From a virus, in the IMG/VR virus record IMGVR_UViG_3300044617_001255, positions 14,967 to 78,966 of that record: DNA of 64,000 nt, one strand, 5' to 3'. Positions 36,567-46,371 of this stretch are shown here, in pieces; within the stretch, counting starts at the first letter, position 1, and every line of letters begins with the position of its first letter. Under the pieces are notes generated by a model that had not been told where the DNA came from, did no database searches, and was given only the letters and a program-made list of their open reading frames with translations. Made by a program: the position numbers and the translations under genes.

Positions 36567-36872
36567 ATGAGAGCATCAGATCCAGCTGGTTATGACGGAA
36601 TAGAAAAATTAGTAGCAGTAACAAATCCCACTGCAACTGGCAGAGGATTACTTCTTACAGCAAGTGCTGCAGGAAATATAACTTTGGATATCACAACAAA
36701 CGAAGTAGATCAAATTATTAGAAATTATGAAAACGGAACAACTACAGTTGCATATAAACAATTAAAATCAGTTACACTTTACATGGCTGCAAGTACAACA
36801 ATGATATTACCGATTGTTGGTACTTTTGAATTATCTTCTAGTTCAAATGTAATTGCTTACGTTTTAAGATAA
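36567..36872 (+). CDS. putative virion protein
   Basis: TATAAATA at about 36537, SD AAGGAG; beta-rich. Confidence 0.55.
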   Translation: MRASDPAGYDGIEKLVAVTNPTATGRGLLLTASAAGNITLDITTNEVDQIIRNYENGTTTVAYKQLKSVTLYMAASTTMILPIVGTFELSSSSNVIAYVLR

Positions 36873-37214
36873 TATGATACAAGACAGACGAAAGATTAGA
36901 GCAATGAACAATAAAAAATCAGGATGTGGTTGTGGCAAGCCAAAGCCAGAGCAAAAAGGAAAATGATATGAATAAAAGTAGTGTTATGAAATCTTTTTTA
37001 AAGTTAAATGGTGGTGAATATCATAAAAGAGATGGAAAATGGTATTGGAAAAAAAATAATGAGGAACATCTAGTAACATCTGGATTTTTATTAAATTATA
37101 AACCAATTGTAAAAATAGAAGAACCCAAGCCAGAAATCAAAGAAGAACCAAAAGTAGAAATTAAAGAAGAAATTAAAAAACCAAAACCCAAGAAAAAAGT
37201 AGAAGTTAAAAAAG

Positions 37215-37481
37215 ATGAAAACATTCAAGAACTTCATAACGGAAGCAAAGAAGAGGGATTATAAAAAAGAATACGAAAAGTATGGCGGAACGCCTGCTTA
37301 TCGTAAAAGAAGATCTCTTAGAGTTTTGGCTCGTAGAAAATTAGAAAAGCAAGGTAGAGTTCGTAAAGGTGATGGAAAAGATGTAGATCATAAAAAAGCC
37401 CTATCAAAAGGCGGATCTAATGGGCACAGCAATCTAAGAGTTGTTCCTAGAAGTGTAAATAGAGCAAAAGACAATAATTAA
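37215..37481 (+). CDS. small HNH protein with capsid-targeting-like N-terminus
   Basis: MKTFKNFITE; GDGKDVDHKK.LSKGGSN..NLR....NR. Confidence 0.75.
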   Translation: MKTFKNFITEAKKRDYKKEYEKYGGTPAYRKRRSLRVLARRKLEKQGRVRKGDGKDVDHKKALSKGGSNGHSNLRVVPRSVNRAKDNN

Positions 37482-37502
37482 AATTCATAAATAAATATAA
37501 CA

Positions 37503-37823
37503 ATGAAAACATTCTTACAATTTCAACAACTTTTAGAGTCTAAGGCAGATATGCCTTGCAACAAACCAAGAAGATCTACATCTGCTGGTAAAAAGATGAT
37601 GGTAAAAGCTTGTGAAGGCGGGAAAGAAAAAATAGTACATTTTGGAGCAAAAGGATATGGACACAATTACAGTCCTGCTGCAAGAAAATCATTCAAAGCT
37701 CGTCACAAATGTAGCCAAAAGAAATCAAAACTCAGTGCTCAATACTGGGCATGTAAAAAACTCTGGGCAGGTCCAAAAGGATCAAAGAAATCCTGCCCAG
37801 AGGGAAGAAAATGTAAATACTAG
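37503..37823 (+). CDS. basic internal head protein (DUF6321-like)
   Basis: MKTFLQFQQLLE; HFGAKG, RKSFKARHKC, YWACKKLW. Confidence 0.65.
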   Translation: MKTFLQFQQLLESKADMPCNKPRRSTSAGKKMMVKACEGGKEKIVHFGAKGYGHNYSPAARKSFKARHKCSQKKSKLSAQYWACKKLWAGPKGSKKSCPEGRKCKY

Positions 37824-37838
37824 AATTAGGAGAAAAAA

Positions 37839-38273
37839 TTGAGATACAAGCATCTTAAAAGAAAAATAAATGAACATTTAGAAGATCCTGCACTTTCCAA
37901 TGCCCAAGAACCTGAGACACCATTGTTTGATGTTGATAATCCAAAGTCTCTTGAAAGAATAAATTTATATCTCAGCAGATTGAATAAAACATCATTTCAA
38001 GATCCTCGTTTCGTTCTTACTGCTGTTCGTGCAAAACTAAATCTTATTGGTCTTGATTTCAACTATTATGGAAGAGAAGATCTTGGAGAAACCGAGACAT
38101 TTGAAGTCAAAAGATATGGAAATGTCACAACTGAAGATCCTACGACAGGAAAAATTAAAAAAGATGATGCTCAAAAATTGAAATTGATTGTGACTACTGC
38201 AAAACATGATGATGGTCAAAATATAATTTCAATAAAATTAGTAAACACAGGAGCATCATCAGAAGAAAATTAA
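37839..38273 (+). CDS. hypothetical protein
   Basis: ORF with SD AGGAG, TTG start. Confidence 0.55.
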   Translation: MRYKHLKRKINEHLEDPALSNAQEPETPLFDVDNPKSLERINLYLSRLNKTSFQDPRFVLTAVRAKLNLIGLDFNYYGREDLGETETFEVKRYGNVTTEDPTTGKIKKDDAQKLKLIVTTAKHDDGQNIISIKLVNTGASSEEN

Positions 38274-38291
38274 TATCATGAGTTTTTAATT

Positions 38292-38669
38292 ATGGATTTT
38301 ACCGTGCTAACCGATGACAACTTTACATTATATGCAATGAAAACATATTCAAATCCTCAATGCAAAAATATAGATGAATTTCATGAGGATATGAACAGAA
38401 TAAAGTACCTGAAAAGATTATTTAAAAAGTACAAGAGTTCTGGAGTTTTACGTGAAAGACTGATATTGAATCATATAATAATATTTTATAATGTATTCAA
38501 TACTGTGCCTGCAACTAGATTATTATTCAATAGAATTGAGCCTGAATTTCATTCTTGTTTGAAAACTTTTATAGTATATTTGAACTTATTACCGAGTAAA
38601 ATACCTGAGTTAGATTTAGTAAAAATTCCAATAGAAATGAGAATAGCAAACAAATTGAGAGAGATATGA
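38292..38669 (+). CDS. conserved T4-like phage protein
   Basis: NFTLYAMKTYSNPQC, RIKYLKRL, RERLILNHII. Confidence 0.75.
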   Translation: MDFTVLTDDNFTLYAMKTYSNPQCKNIDEFHEDMNRIKYLKRLFKKYKSSGVLRERLILNHIIIFYNVFNTVPATRLLFNRIEPEFHSCLKTFIVYLNLLPSKIPELDLVKIPIEMRIANKLREI

Positions 38670-39541
38670 ACCTCATACTAGAAGATCTAAAAAGATGGTT
38701 TAAAGAAAAATGGACAGCCCAAGACGGCTCAAAATGTGGTTCTTATGAGGGCAAGGGTAGAGTTAAATGCCGCCCATCTAAAAAAGTATCAGGTAAAACT
38801 CCCCAGACCTGGGGAGAAATGAGCAAGAAACAAAAGAAAAAAGCAGTTCGTTTAAAACAAAAAGCCCATAGAAAAGGTCATCAATTTAGCAGCCACAAAA
38901 CAGGCGAAACCTGGAAAGCAGACAAAGGTAAATATACTGCTTCAGTAAAAGAAGAATGGAATCCAAAGAATAAAAAGAAACATGCTGCCTGCAAAGCCAA
39001 GATCAAGGCAAAAGTAAAGGTATGGCCTTCTGCATATGCAAGTGGCTTGATGGTTCAATGCTATAAGAAAAAATCAAAGAAAAAATTGTCAGAAAGTGCT
39101 GAAAGAGATGAAATATTGAACTACATGAAGAGTTCAATGAAAAATCCACTGAGATTTTATTATCTTCTTCTCTTATCTGGTGAACCGGCAACTGAAGCAC
39201 AAAAAACATTATATAATCTAAAATTCCCAATTGTAAGAACTGCAAATTATGAAATTAGAAAAAAGATGATGAAATTGTTGACAAGGATCATAGATCTTAT
39301 GGTAACAGATCCAATACTTTATTCTAGATTGCGTTCACTAGCCATGGGAAAGAAATTAAATATAGACGAAGAAATGGGAGTTGGAACATCTGCAATACCT
39401 GCAGTATCAGCAACACAAGATGGAAGTATTGAAACACCACCTGTCGCTGCAGGGATAGTATCTGCAATGCCACCAAAAAAGAAAAAAAGAATACCAGATC
39501 CTATTCTTAAAATGATGTTTAGACAAGGAGATAGACCATGA
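38666..39541 (+). CDS. basic head-region protein (DUF5872-like)
   Basis: LKRWFKEKW, CRPSKKVSGKTP, WPSAYASG. Confidence 0.65.
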   Translation: MNLILEDLKRWFKEKWTAQDGSKCGSYEGKGRVKCRPSKKVSGKTPQTWGEMSKKQKKKAVRLKQKAHRKGHQFSSHKTGETWKADKGKYTASVKEEWNPKNKKKHAACKAKIKAKVKVWPSAYASGLMVQCYKKKSKKKLSESAERDEILNYMKSSMKNPLRFYYLLLLSGEPATEAQKTLYNLKFPIVRTANYEIRKKMMKLLTRIIDLMVTDPILYSRLRSLAMGKKLNIDEEMGVGTSAIPAVSATQDGSIETPPVAAGIVSAMPPKKKKRIPDPILKMMFRQGDRP

Positions 39542-39975
39542 TAGCACCAGAACTACTTTCGATGTTAGGAGGCGGAGTAGCAGGTTTTCTGTTCCGTTTC
39601 TGGGCACAAAAAAGCCAAGATCAAAAGGAGATGTTTGAACGTCTTCTTAAAGCAAACACACAAACAACTGAGAATCAAGAAAAAGCAGCCAAAAGAGTTC
39701 CTATTGATATTGGCAAAGGAGTAAGACAACTTATAGTTCTTACTGTTCTTTTCGGGACAATAGCAGCACCATTCATTCTACCTTTCTATGGATTACCAAC
39801 ATATGTTGAAGTTGATACTGTCAATCCAGAGGGATTGTTTGGATTGTTTCCTGAATATTCTAAGAAATTTTTCGTAGAAATTAATGGATTTGTTTATACT
39901 TCAGAAAATAGACAAATTCTACTTAGCATTGTTGGATTTTACTTCGGCAGTGCAGCAGCAAATAACAAATCATAA
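39538..39975 (+). CDS. membrane protein, possible holin
   Basis: Three hydrophobic segments; C-terminal VGFYFGS. Confidence 0.5.
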   Translation: MIAPELLSMLGGGVAGFLFRFWAQKSQDQKEMFERLLKANTQTTENQEKAAKRVPIDIGKGVRQLIVLTVLFGTIAAPFILPFYGLPTYVEVDTVNPEGLFGLFPEYSKKFFVEINGFVYTSENRQILLSIVGFYFGSAAANNKS

Positions 39976-39985
39976 GGAGTGAATT

Positions 39986-40258
39986 ATGTATAGATTATTG
40001 TTTTTAGGATTGTTCTTACTTTTTGTTGGTTGTAATACAACTCCAGAAATTATTCCAGACCCACCACCAGATAGCCCAGTTGTTATGAAATTAAAGAATG
40101 ACATAGTTACTGGTAACGCAACCACATTCTGGGGATGGATTCTTTGGTATGTTCCTGTTCTACTTCTTGTGGTAGCATGGGCATACAGAGAGTTCTTCTA
40201 TAAGCCAAAAAAGAATGGAATTAATCACGATAAACAAGATACTCAAGTAGTTGAGTAA
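39986..40258 (+). CDS. lipoprotein with C-terminal transmembrane helix (unimolecular-spanin-like topology)
   Basis: LFLLFVG-C lipobox; Pro-rich linker; WGWILWYVPVLLLVVAWAY helix. Confidence 0.55.
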   Translation: MYRLLFLGLFLLFVGCNTTPEIIPDPPPDSPVVMKLKNDIVTGNATTFWGWILWYVPVLLLVVAWAYREFFYKPKKNGINHDKQDTQVVE

Positions 40259-40806
40259 TTGATATTATCAAATAATTTTTTACAAATAAAATAGGAATCT
40301 ACGATATCCGATATCGGACTTCCTATATCTTTTTTCTCATAATTCATTCTAATTCGGAGATCTACACCTGTCTCCAGCATGAATGATTTATACATGGTTT
40401 CTTTATCTGCATTTCCCTTACCAGTTGCATATTTCTTGGCTACTGTTGGTTCAACTATAGTCACAGGTATTCCCATCTCATATAATTTATATTTAAGAAC
40501 TCCTGTATTTTCTGCAATATGAAATACCTTACCAGTTGAATTGTAAGAATATCCTTCTAGTGCGACTTGTTGACACCCTAATACAATCTCAAGAGCCCAG
40601 TCTGCTATGGACTTGTATCTTTCTACTTCGCTATTCCAATCGTTAAAATTTTCACCTATTAGATTATAGGTGTGTAAATCCTCTACAGTATACTTTTTCG
40701 TATCTGTTAAGTAATAAAATGTGCAATGGTCAAAGGAGAAGAAATCTCCGTTGAATACGCAAATGCTAGGTCCGCACAATGAATAATCTATTCCTGCTAT
40801 TATCAT
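40243..40806 (-). CDS. RuvC-like Holliday junction resolvase/nuclease
   Basis: IAGIDYS, ALEGY, KKYATGKGNADK, SDIVDS. Confidence 0.8.
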   Translation of the reverse strand: MIIAGIDYSLCGPSICVFNGDFFSFDHCTFYYLTDTKKYTVEDLHTYNLIGENFNDWNSEVERYKSIADWALEIVLGCQQVALEGYSYNSTGKVFHIAENTGVLKYKLYEMGIPVTIVEPTVAKKYATGKGNADKETMYKSFMLETGVDLRIRMNYEKKDIGSPISDIVDSYFICKKLFDNINYSTT

Positions 40807-40824
40807 ACAAGAATATTTATCCAA

Positions 40825-40852
40825 TAAAAAAAGCCACCCGAAGGTGGCTTTG
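40825..40852 (-). terminator. intrinsic terminator
   Basis: AAAGCCACC-cgaa-GGTGGCTTT with an A-run (T-run on the minus strand). Confidence 0.8.
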
Positions 40853-40868
40853 TTAATTAACTGTCTTT

Positions 40869-41231
40869 TTATCGACAGTTAGGTAAAACAACAGGTACTG
40901 CGCACCCACCAGTCCAGACTGGATAGTAGGGTACAATCGGTTGTGGATATGTAAAATAGGCAGGTGCTCCGATTGCCATTTGCTGGGTTGTGGCTGCAAC
41001 TGGTACTTGGGTAGGGAAAGGCCAGGTAGTTGGTCCACAGTAGCCAGTATAGGTTACTGGATAGAATCCAGATCCAGCATATGCTCCAGAATATGCACCA
41101 TATCCATTTGATGCCCCTACTGCTACTGATGTTCCACCACCAGAATAACCAAAACTAAATGCTGATTGGGCACGGGAAGGAGCAGTTAGAAATGCAACTG
41201 CTAGGCATACAATAGAAACCAGATACTTCAA
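40869..41231 (-). CDS. secreted Tyr/Gly/Pro-rich small protein
   Basis: Signal peptide ending SRA-Q; low-complexity mature part. Confidence 0.6.
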   Translation of the reverse strand: MKYLVSIVCLAVAFLTAPSRAQSAFSFGYSGGGTSVAVGASNGYGAYSGAYAGSGFYPVTYTGYCGPTTWPFPTQVPVAATTQQMAIGAPAYFTYPQPIVPYYPVWTGGCAVPVVLPNCR

Positions 41232-41476
41232 TTTGAACTCCTTGTGGAACGGCGAGGACGGGAATCCATAGAATCAGCAACATTATTTGAAAGTTCATCC
41301 AACTTACTCTCAAGCTTGTCAATTCTCATTTGAATACGCTCTTCTTGATGCCACTTTCTTTCGTTTTCAATGTCACGCTCATGATTATTATTAATGTCAT
41401 TCAAATACATCATAATAAAAATAATAATACATGAAATGAAAGAAATTCCTGCTGCAATCTCAAAATATAGTGTCAT
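41228..41476 (-). CDS. small membrane-anchored protein
   Basis: N-terminal TM helix; promoter TTGACA(41526-41521)-16-TACAAT upstream. Confidence 0.6.
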   Translation of the reverse strand: MTLYFEIAAGISFISCIIIFIMMYLNDINNNHERDIENERKWHQEERIQMRIDKLESKLDELSNNVADSMDSRPRRSTRSSN

Positions 41477-41522
41477 TTTATTTCCTTTCGTTGGGTTTAT
41501 TGTACCACACTAATTCAACATG

Positions 41523-43448
41523 TCAAGAACTAACTAGATCAACCATCTCACACTTATCGCCGGTGCAGGCAAATGTCTGCGTTCCAGATGTTTGGTCTTG
41601 CTTCTCATAATTCTTTAGAAGTGACCAATCAACATTCTTTGGCATTCTAGCCAACATTTCTTCATACTCTTCTTTTGTGCAATCCTGGTATGGAGCCTGA
41701 CGATATGAATGGTCAGAATGAGGAAGGAATGAAATACCGCTAATATCATCGAAGTGCTTATATACCCAAGCACCAACTTCCATCCATTCGTGCTCCTTTA
41801 CTGTTACTGTAATACTTGGCTTATGTTCACACCAGAACTTCTGATAAGCAAGCCATAGATTCAAATGTTCAATTGCAGTCATATCACTTCGTGTTACAGA
41901 ACCTTCAGCCTTCATTGGAAATGAGAAGACCATTACATTATCTGGTTTCATCACGCATGGCTCATGTGGGAATCCCATCTCCATCATCATGCTGCAAAGA
42001 GGATCCTTTCGATCTGCACGAACTGTACGAATGTAGTATTCGTTGTGTCGAGCATGAATACCTGAAGCAGCATCAGTCAATTGTGATACTGTACCAGATG
42101 GTTTGATACAAGTAATTGCAGCAGCCTGATTGATCTTAATCTTCTTAGCCCATTCCTTATTTGTATCAATTGCTGTTTGCTTGAGTGTTGTTAAAATTTC
42201 AGGTAACTTAGATCCATTTATTCTAAGCATTTCATTATCCATGATACCAGTCAACGATACACCAAGCAATGCTTCCTCTTCGCAATTATTCTTCCATTCC
42301 GAAGAAAGATATGGAAAATGAGTCAAAGATGCTTGCCATGTTCCTAGAATAGATGCCAGACGAATCTTTCTCTTGAGTGATTCTACTGTATCTTCCTTGC
42401 GAACTATAACTTCTGTAAGATTGCAGAATTCACGATCACGAAGAATGATTTCTGAACATGGGTTTGTTCCGAAATCATAGTTTGGATCACGGCGATCTCC
42501 AAGTTTTTCTACAGTCTTTTTACAGGCATCACGATTGAAGATACCACGCTCTCCACTCTTGCTCTTATAAAGAGAAACCCATTCTTCCATATAAACGCCA
42601 ATTTCAGGCTTCTCTTTGTAGGCTACTGAATTGTTGGAAAGTGCTCGTTGTGGATTTGCCTCCCACCAAGCACCAACCTTGGCTTCTCTCATCCGCTCAT
42701 CCGTGAGATTCGATAGGCTAATAAGAGCAGATCTACGGACTCCTCCCACCACCACAATCTCTGCAATTTTACATACGATATCGTGGCATTCGATCGAAGT
42801 GAGCTTTCTCCCTGCTGCTCTCTTAAAAGTATCACAGGTGAACCTGAAAAGATCATCAAGGGGCTTTGGACCGGAGGCTCTTCCACCAAATACTTTGAGC
42901 CTCGCACCAGCAGGACGTATTTTCGATAGGTCCCATTTTGGTATTTGACCACCAATGAGTAGGGAGATAAGTTCTTTGTAAGCTTTAGCCCAGCCACCTT
43001 TAGAATCCTGTACAACAATCGTGGTGTCTGAATTAGTAAATTGTTCAGCAATTGTAGGGAGTTTTTCAACATATTGCCTTTCTACCGAGAAACCAACTCC
43101 GGTTCCACACATTAAAACGTAAAGTATTTCATCAAATGCACGAACTCTATTTACTGCAACGTATGAGCAATTATATCCAGCAGTGTTGTCACGGTGAAGT
43201 GCTTCGCCTGCAGTCATGAGTGCTCTCATGCTTGGCATGATCTCAAGATTCAAAACAGCAGTCTCAAGTTCAGAACGAAGATCCTTTGAAAGAATGAACT
43301 TATGATTCTCCTTCAAGTGATTTTCAAAGAAATCAAAATATCTTTTTACTGTCTCTTCCCAAGTTTCTCTTCTATTTTCACTTTCAAGCCATCTTGAATA
43401 ACGTGAAAGGTGAATGAAATCTTGATATAGAGTCGGTAAATTCTTCAT
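41523..43448 (-). CDS. nrdJ: class II (adenosylcobalamin-dependent) ribonucleotide reductase
   Basis: PSMRAL, YNCSY, GTGVGFS, VVGGVRRSA, TNPCSEI, CIKPSGTVSQL, C-terminal CTGDKC. Confidence 0.9.
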   Translation of the reverse strand: MKNLPTLYQDFIHLSRYSRWLESENRRETWEETVKRYFDFFENHLKENHKFILSKDLRSELETAVLNLEIMPSMRALMTAGEALHRDNTAGYNCSYVAVNRVRAFDEILYVLMCGTGVGFSVERQYVEKLPTIAEQFTNSDTTIVVQDSKGGWAKAYKELISLLIGGQIPKWDLSKIRPAGARLKVFGGRASGPKPLDDLFRFTCDTFKRAAGRKLTSIECHDIVCKIAEIVVVGGVRRSALISLSNLTDERMREAKVGAWWEANPQRALSNNSVAYKEKPEIGVYMEEWVSLYKSKSGERGIFNRDACKKTVEKLGDRRDPNYDFGTNPCSEIILRDREFCNLTEVIVRKEDTVESLKRKIRLASILGTWQASLTHFPYLSSEWKNNCEEEALLGVSLTGIMDNEMLRINGSKLPEILTTLKQTAIDTNKEWAKKIKINQAAAITCIKPSGTVSQLTDAASGIHARHNEYYIRTVRADRKDPLCSMMMEMGFPHEPCVMKPDNVMVFSFPMKAEGSVTRSDMTAIEHLNLWLAYQKFWCEHKPSITVTVKEHEWMEVGAWVYKHFDDISGISFLPHSDHSYRQAPYQDCTKEEYEEMLARMPKNVDWSLLKNYEKQDQTSGTQTFACTGDKCEMVDLVSS

Positions 43449-43521
43449 ATTTTGTTCTCCCAATGATAAAGCGGTACAGTATGTAGCCAAGTGTAAAAAT
43501 GCAACGAATAAAGATTTTGAA

Positions 43522-44142
43522 TCAACTTATTTTATTATTTTTAAAAATCATTACTCCATTGCGATACCAAGGATTGTCCAGTATAATTTCATAAGAATCT
43601 GAATCTGACAGTACTTCATTTCTTATTTGTTCACATTTTCTTGAAGTAGTATCATCTAATCCGATAAATAAAGATCTGTCTTTCAATTTTAAATATTCTG
43701 AATAAGTTGAAAATTCACCACCATCAAGAAAGAGAAAATCTATTCTTTTCGGAATTTTACTCAAGACATTTGGACATTTTAGAAATGCATTGAGATCCTG
43801 TTCGAACCATAATTTTTCGTCAGGATGATAACACCCTAGATGTTTATCATCCATTTCTTGAACATCAATAATTCTACCCCAAACAAACTTTGCCCAGTTA
43901 GGCAACATATCTTTCCAAATTTGAACTGCGGTAGAATGCATATTCAATTCCGCTTCAAGACTAAGAAACGATATTTCTTTCTTATTAGAATCGGATAGAC
44001 CACGAATGATACATTCGGTGCTTCCCAATCCTTTCCATGTGCCTATTTCTACAACAGTTTTTATTGATGAATTTTTCAGACACAATTCATACAACTTGTG
44101 TCCAAATTGACTTTCTAACTTTATTTGTCCATATTCTTCCAT
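43522..44142 (-). CDS. class I SAM-dependent methyltransferase-like protein
   Basis: VVEIGTWKGLGST, FLFLDGGEF, LDDT. Confidence 0.7.
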   Translation of the reverse strand: MEEYGQIKLESQFGHKLYELCLKNSSIKTVVEIGTWKGLGSTECIIRGLSDSNKKEISFLSLEAELNMHSTAVQIWKDMLPNWAKFVWGRIIDVQEMDDKHLGCYHPDEKLWFEQDLNAFLKCPNVLSKIPKRIDFLFLDGGEFSTYSEYLKLKDRSLFIGLDDTTSRKCEQIRNEVLSDSDSYEIILDNPWYRNGVMIFKNNKIS

Positions 44143-44145
44143 AAA

Positions 44146-44571
44146 TTATAAATTATTTGCAGCCATATACTCATCAATCTGCTCATGTGAATTCAACAAC
44201 GAAATTTGTTCTCTTTTTTGTCTTAAAGATAATATATTTTCTGTAATCGTATCTATACAGCAGTTATCATTTGTAGAACATGAACATTGAAATTCTTTTG
44301 TAATCTCAAAACTAATTGCCCTTCGTTCTTCCTGTGTTAAAATCATTAGTAAAGTTTCTTTACGATCATTAACACTCAGATCCTTAACACCCCATACAAT
44401 CTCTACAGGAGTCTTGCTAGTATCAAAATAATACCCCTCTACAATTTGTCTATTTGGAATAGGATTTGCTAATATATCCACTGCTTCACGCCAATCACCT
44501 TCTCTGTTTGGATTGTAACCCAAACATTCAACTACTACACCTTCTTCAACACGTACCCAATAATTTGCCAT
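44146..44571 (-). CDS. hypothetical protein, possibly fibre-associated
   Basis: ORF within the fibre/RCC1 operon. Confidence 0.55.
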   Translation of the reverse strand: MANYWVRVEEGVVVECLGYNPNREGDWREAVDILANPIPNRQIVEGYYFDTSKTPVEIVWGVKDLSVNDRKETLLMILTQEERRAISFEITKEFQCSCSTNDNCCIDTITENILSLRQKREQISLLNSHEQIDEYMAANNL

Positions 44572-46342
44572 TTTCAGTCTCCTTTTTGCTGTATCTTGAA
44601 TTTAATTCTTCTTTCAATTCAATCATTGGAGCATTCCAAGAACCATATTTAGTTTGTCTAAAAAGTCTAACGGAATCGTAATATGGAGTCCTATTTCCTG
44701 GTACTGCCCATAAGTAATAATGTAAAACAGGAACAATTATCCAAGTATCTATTCCCATTGCTCCGCTCATGTGTGCAATACTTGTGCACGATGATACAAC
44801 TAAATCACATTTTGATAGTTCTGCACGGGTGTCCTCCCATGAATCCAAACGCACCTTCCTCATCCACGGCGGAGTCTCGTCTATTCCCTCATCACGCTGT
44901 AAGCATACAAAGTCTGCGTCTATCCCATCAAATGCCTTGAAAAACGGCTTTAAAGGAAATCTGCGATTCTGTTCGTGCTCAAATTTTGGATTTCCCCACC
45001 ATCTTATTCCGATAGTTGGTCTTTTACTTGGATTTGATATATACATTTTTGGAATATATGGTTTACCACTAATATCTGGATATTCATACCCAAGAGGGAG
45101 AAGTACAGACATGGCAGGAACCCACCAATCATGATAAACACCCCCTGCAGCTTCATGTTGAATGATTGTTTTTATCCCTTCACAACATTTTACTACAGGA
45201 AATAATTCAGGTGAACATGCCACAATTACGTCACACCCTCGGCGCGTTATATCTTTAATATATCTAAGCGCATGTATTTGATCTCCAAGTCCTCCCTCAA
45301 GATAATAAAGAATAGTTCCCATTCCTTTTCCGTCCCATATTTGAGTTGGAACAGGAGGTTTGGGATTTCCGAAACATTTATCATAACGACCACGGGAAAG
45401 ATATTCCATACCTTGTTGTAATTTATTTTGTCCTAAAGCAAACCATCCCATATTAAATGCAATTTTGTTGCATATTGGATTTTCTTTTTGTGCTTCGCAT
45501 AAAATTTTATATGCTTGTTTTGATTTACCCTGCATAGAAAGACGTACTGATTGATCAATTTTTTTAGGAATTACTGAATCAAAAGATTCACCTTTCCAAA
45601 ACTTTGGAGGATCAAAATTATCATAATGATATCCCAATATTTCTTTTGCACTAATATTATGTTGTCTCTCAAGGCGAGAACCAATTTTGTGAAGATTTGG
45701 AATACCCCATATTTCATCATCTCGTTCTGCTACTACTTGAGTATCCAAAGAATTAAAATTATAGACATGGGAATTTATATTTAAAAATGTGTGAATACGA
45801 TTCATCTGTTCTTGTGGATTGGTAAGAAGATCCTCATAGTCTACAAACAAAAAACAATCAGGATTTTGTTTGTATCCATTATAAAGAGTAGCATATGAGG
45901 TTTTAAGATGTTCAACTAATTGTGAGTCAAATAGAAATGTTTGAAGATCAGTAGGTTTTGCAAGTCTTACAAATGATGCTGCACATTCTGCAGGATGTCT
46001 AACTGTTGCAATAATTTTTGGTTTTTTACCAAGAACTTTTTCTAAAGTATTCACAATTTGAGGATTTGCCCATCCGCGACTTTTATCTATTATAATTGGT
46101 TTATGTATGGATTCATATTTTGTGTACATCACAGATTTTAATAAACTATAAACTTCATGTTTATCTGTTTTTTGTGTATGAATCGCAGGAGAAGATTCCC
46201 ATGCATTGCATACTGCACCCATAAGATCTATAAGCCCACTAGTAGTGGTAGAATGTATTTCAGGATGTTGAGTTAATAGAGAAGATAAAACAGTTGAACC
46301 GCTACGTGGAATTCCAGCTAAAAAATGCACAGTATTATTCAT
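44546..46342 (-). CDS. sulfotransferase - TPR - GT-B glycosyltransferase-like fusion
   Basis: PAPS-binding GIPRSGST, DKSRGW, VRHP...S, YEDL; then EGGLGD, WWGNP, DLVVSSCTSIAHMSGAMG. Confidence 0.8.
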   Translation of the reverse strand: MNNTVHFLAGIPRSGSTVLSSLLTQHPEIHSTTTSGLIDLMGAVCNAWESSPAIHTQKTDKHEVYSLLKSVMYTKYESIHKPIIIDKSRGWANPQIVNTLEKVLGKKPKIIATVRHPAECAASFVRLAKPTDLQTFLFDSQLVEHLKTSYATLYNGYKQNPDCFLFVDYEDLLTNPQEQMNRIHTFLNINSHVYNFNSLDTQVVAERDDEIWGIPNLHKIGSRLERQHNISAKEILGYHYDNFDPPKFWKGESFDSVIPKKIDQSVRLSMQGKSKQAYKILCEAQKENPICNKIAFNMGWFALGQNKLQQGMEYLSRGRYDKCFGNPKPPVPTQIWDGKGMGTILYYLEGGLGDQIHALRYIKDITRRGCDVIVACSPELFPVVKCCEGIKTIIQHEAAGGVYHDWWVPAMSVLLPLGYEYPDISGKPYIPKMYISNPSKRPTIGIRWWGNPKFEHEQNRRFPLKPFFKAFDGIDADFVCLQRDEGIDETPPWMRKVRLDSWEDTRAELSKCDLVVSSCTSIAHMSGAMGIDTWIIVPVLHYYLWAVPGNRTPYYDSVRLFRQTKYGSWNAPMIELKEELNSRYSKKETENGKLLGTC

Positions 46343-46371
46343 AATAATTACTCCATAATATATATGTGAAA

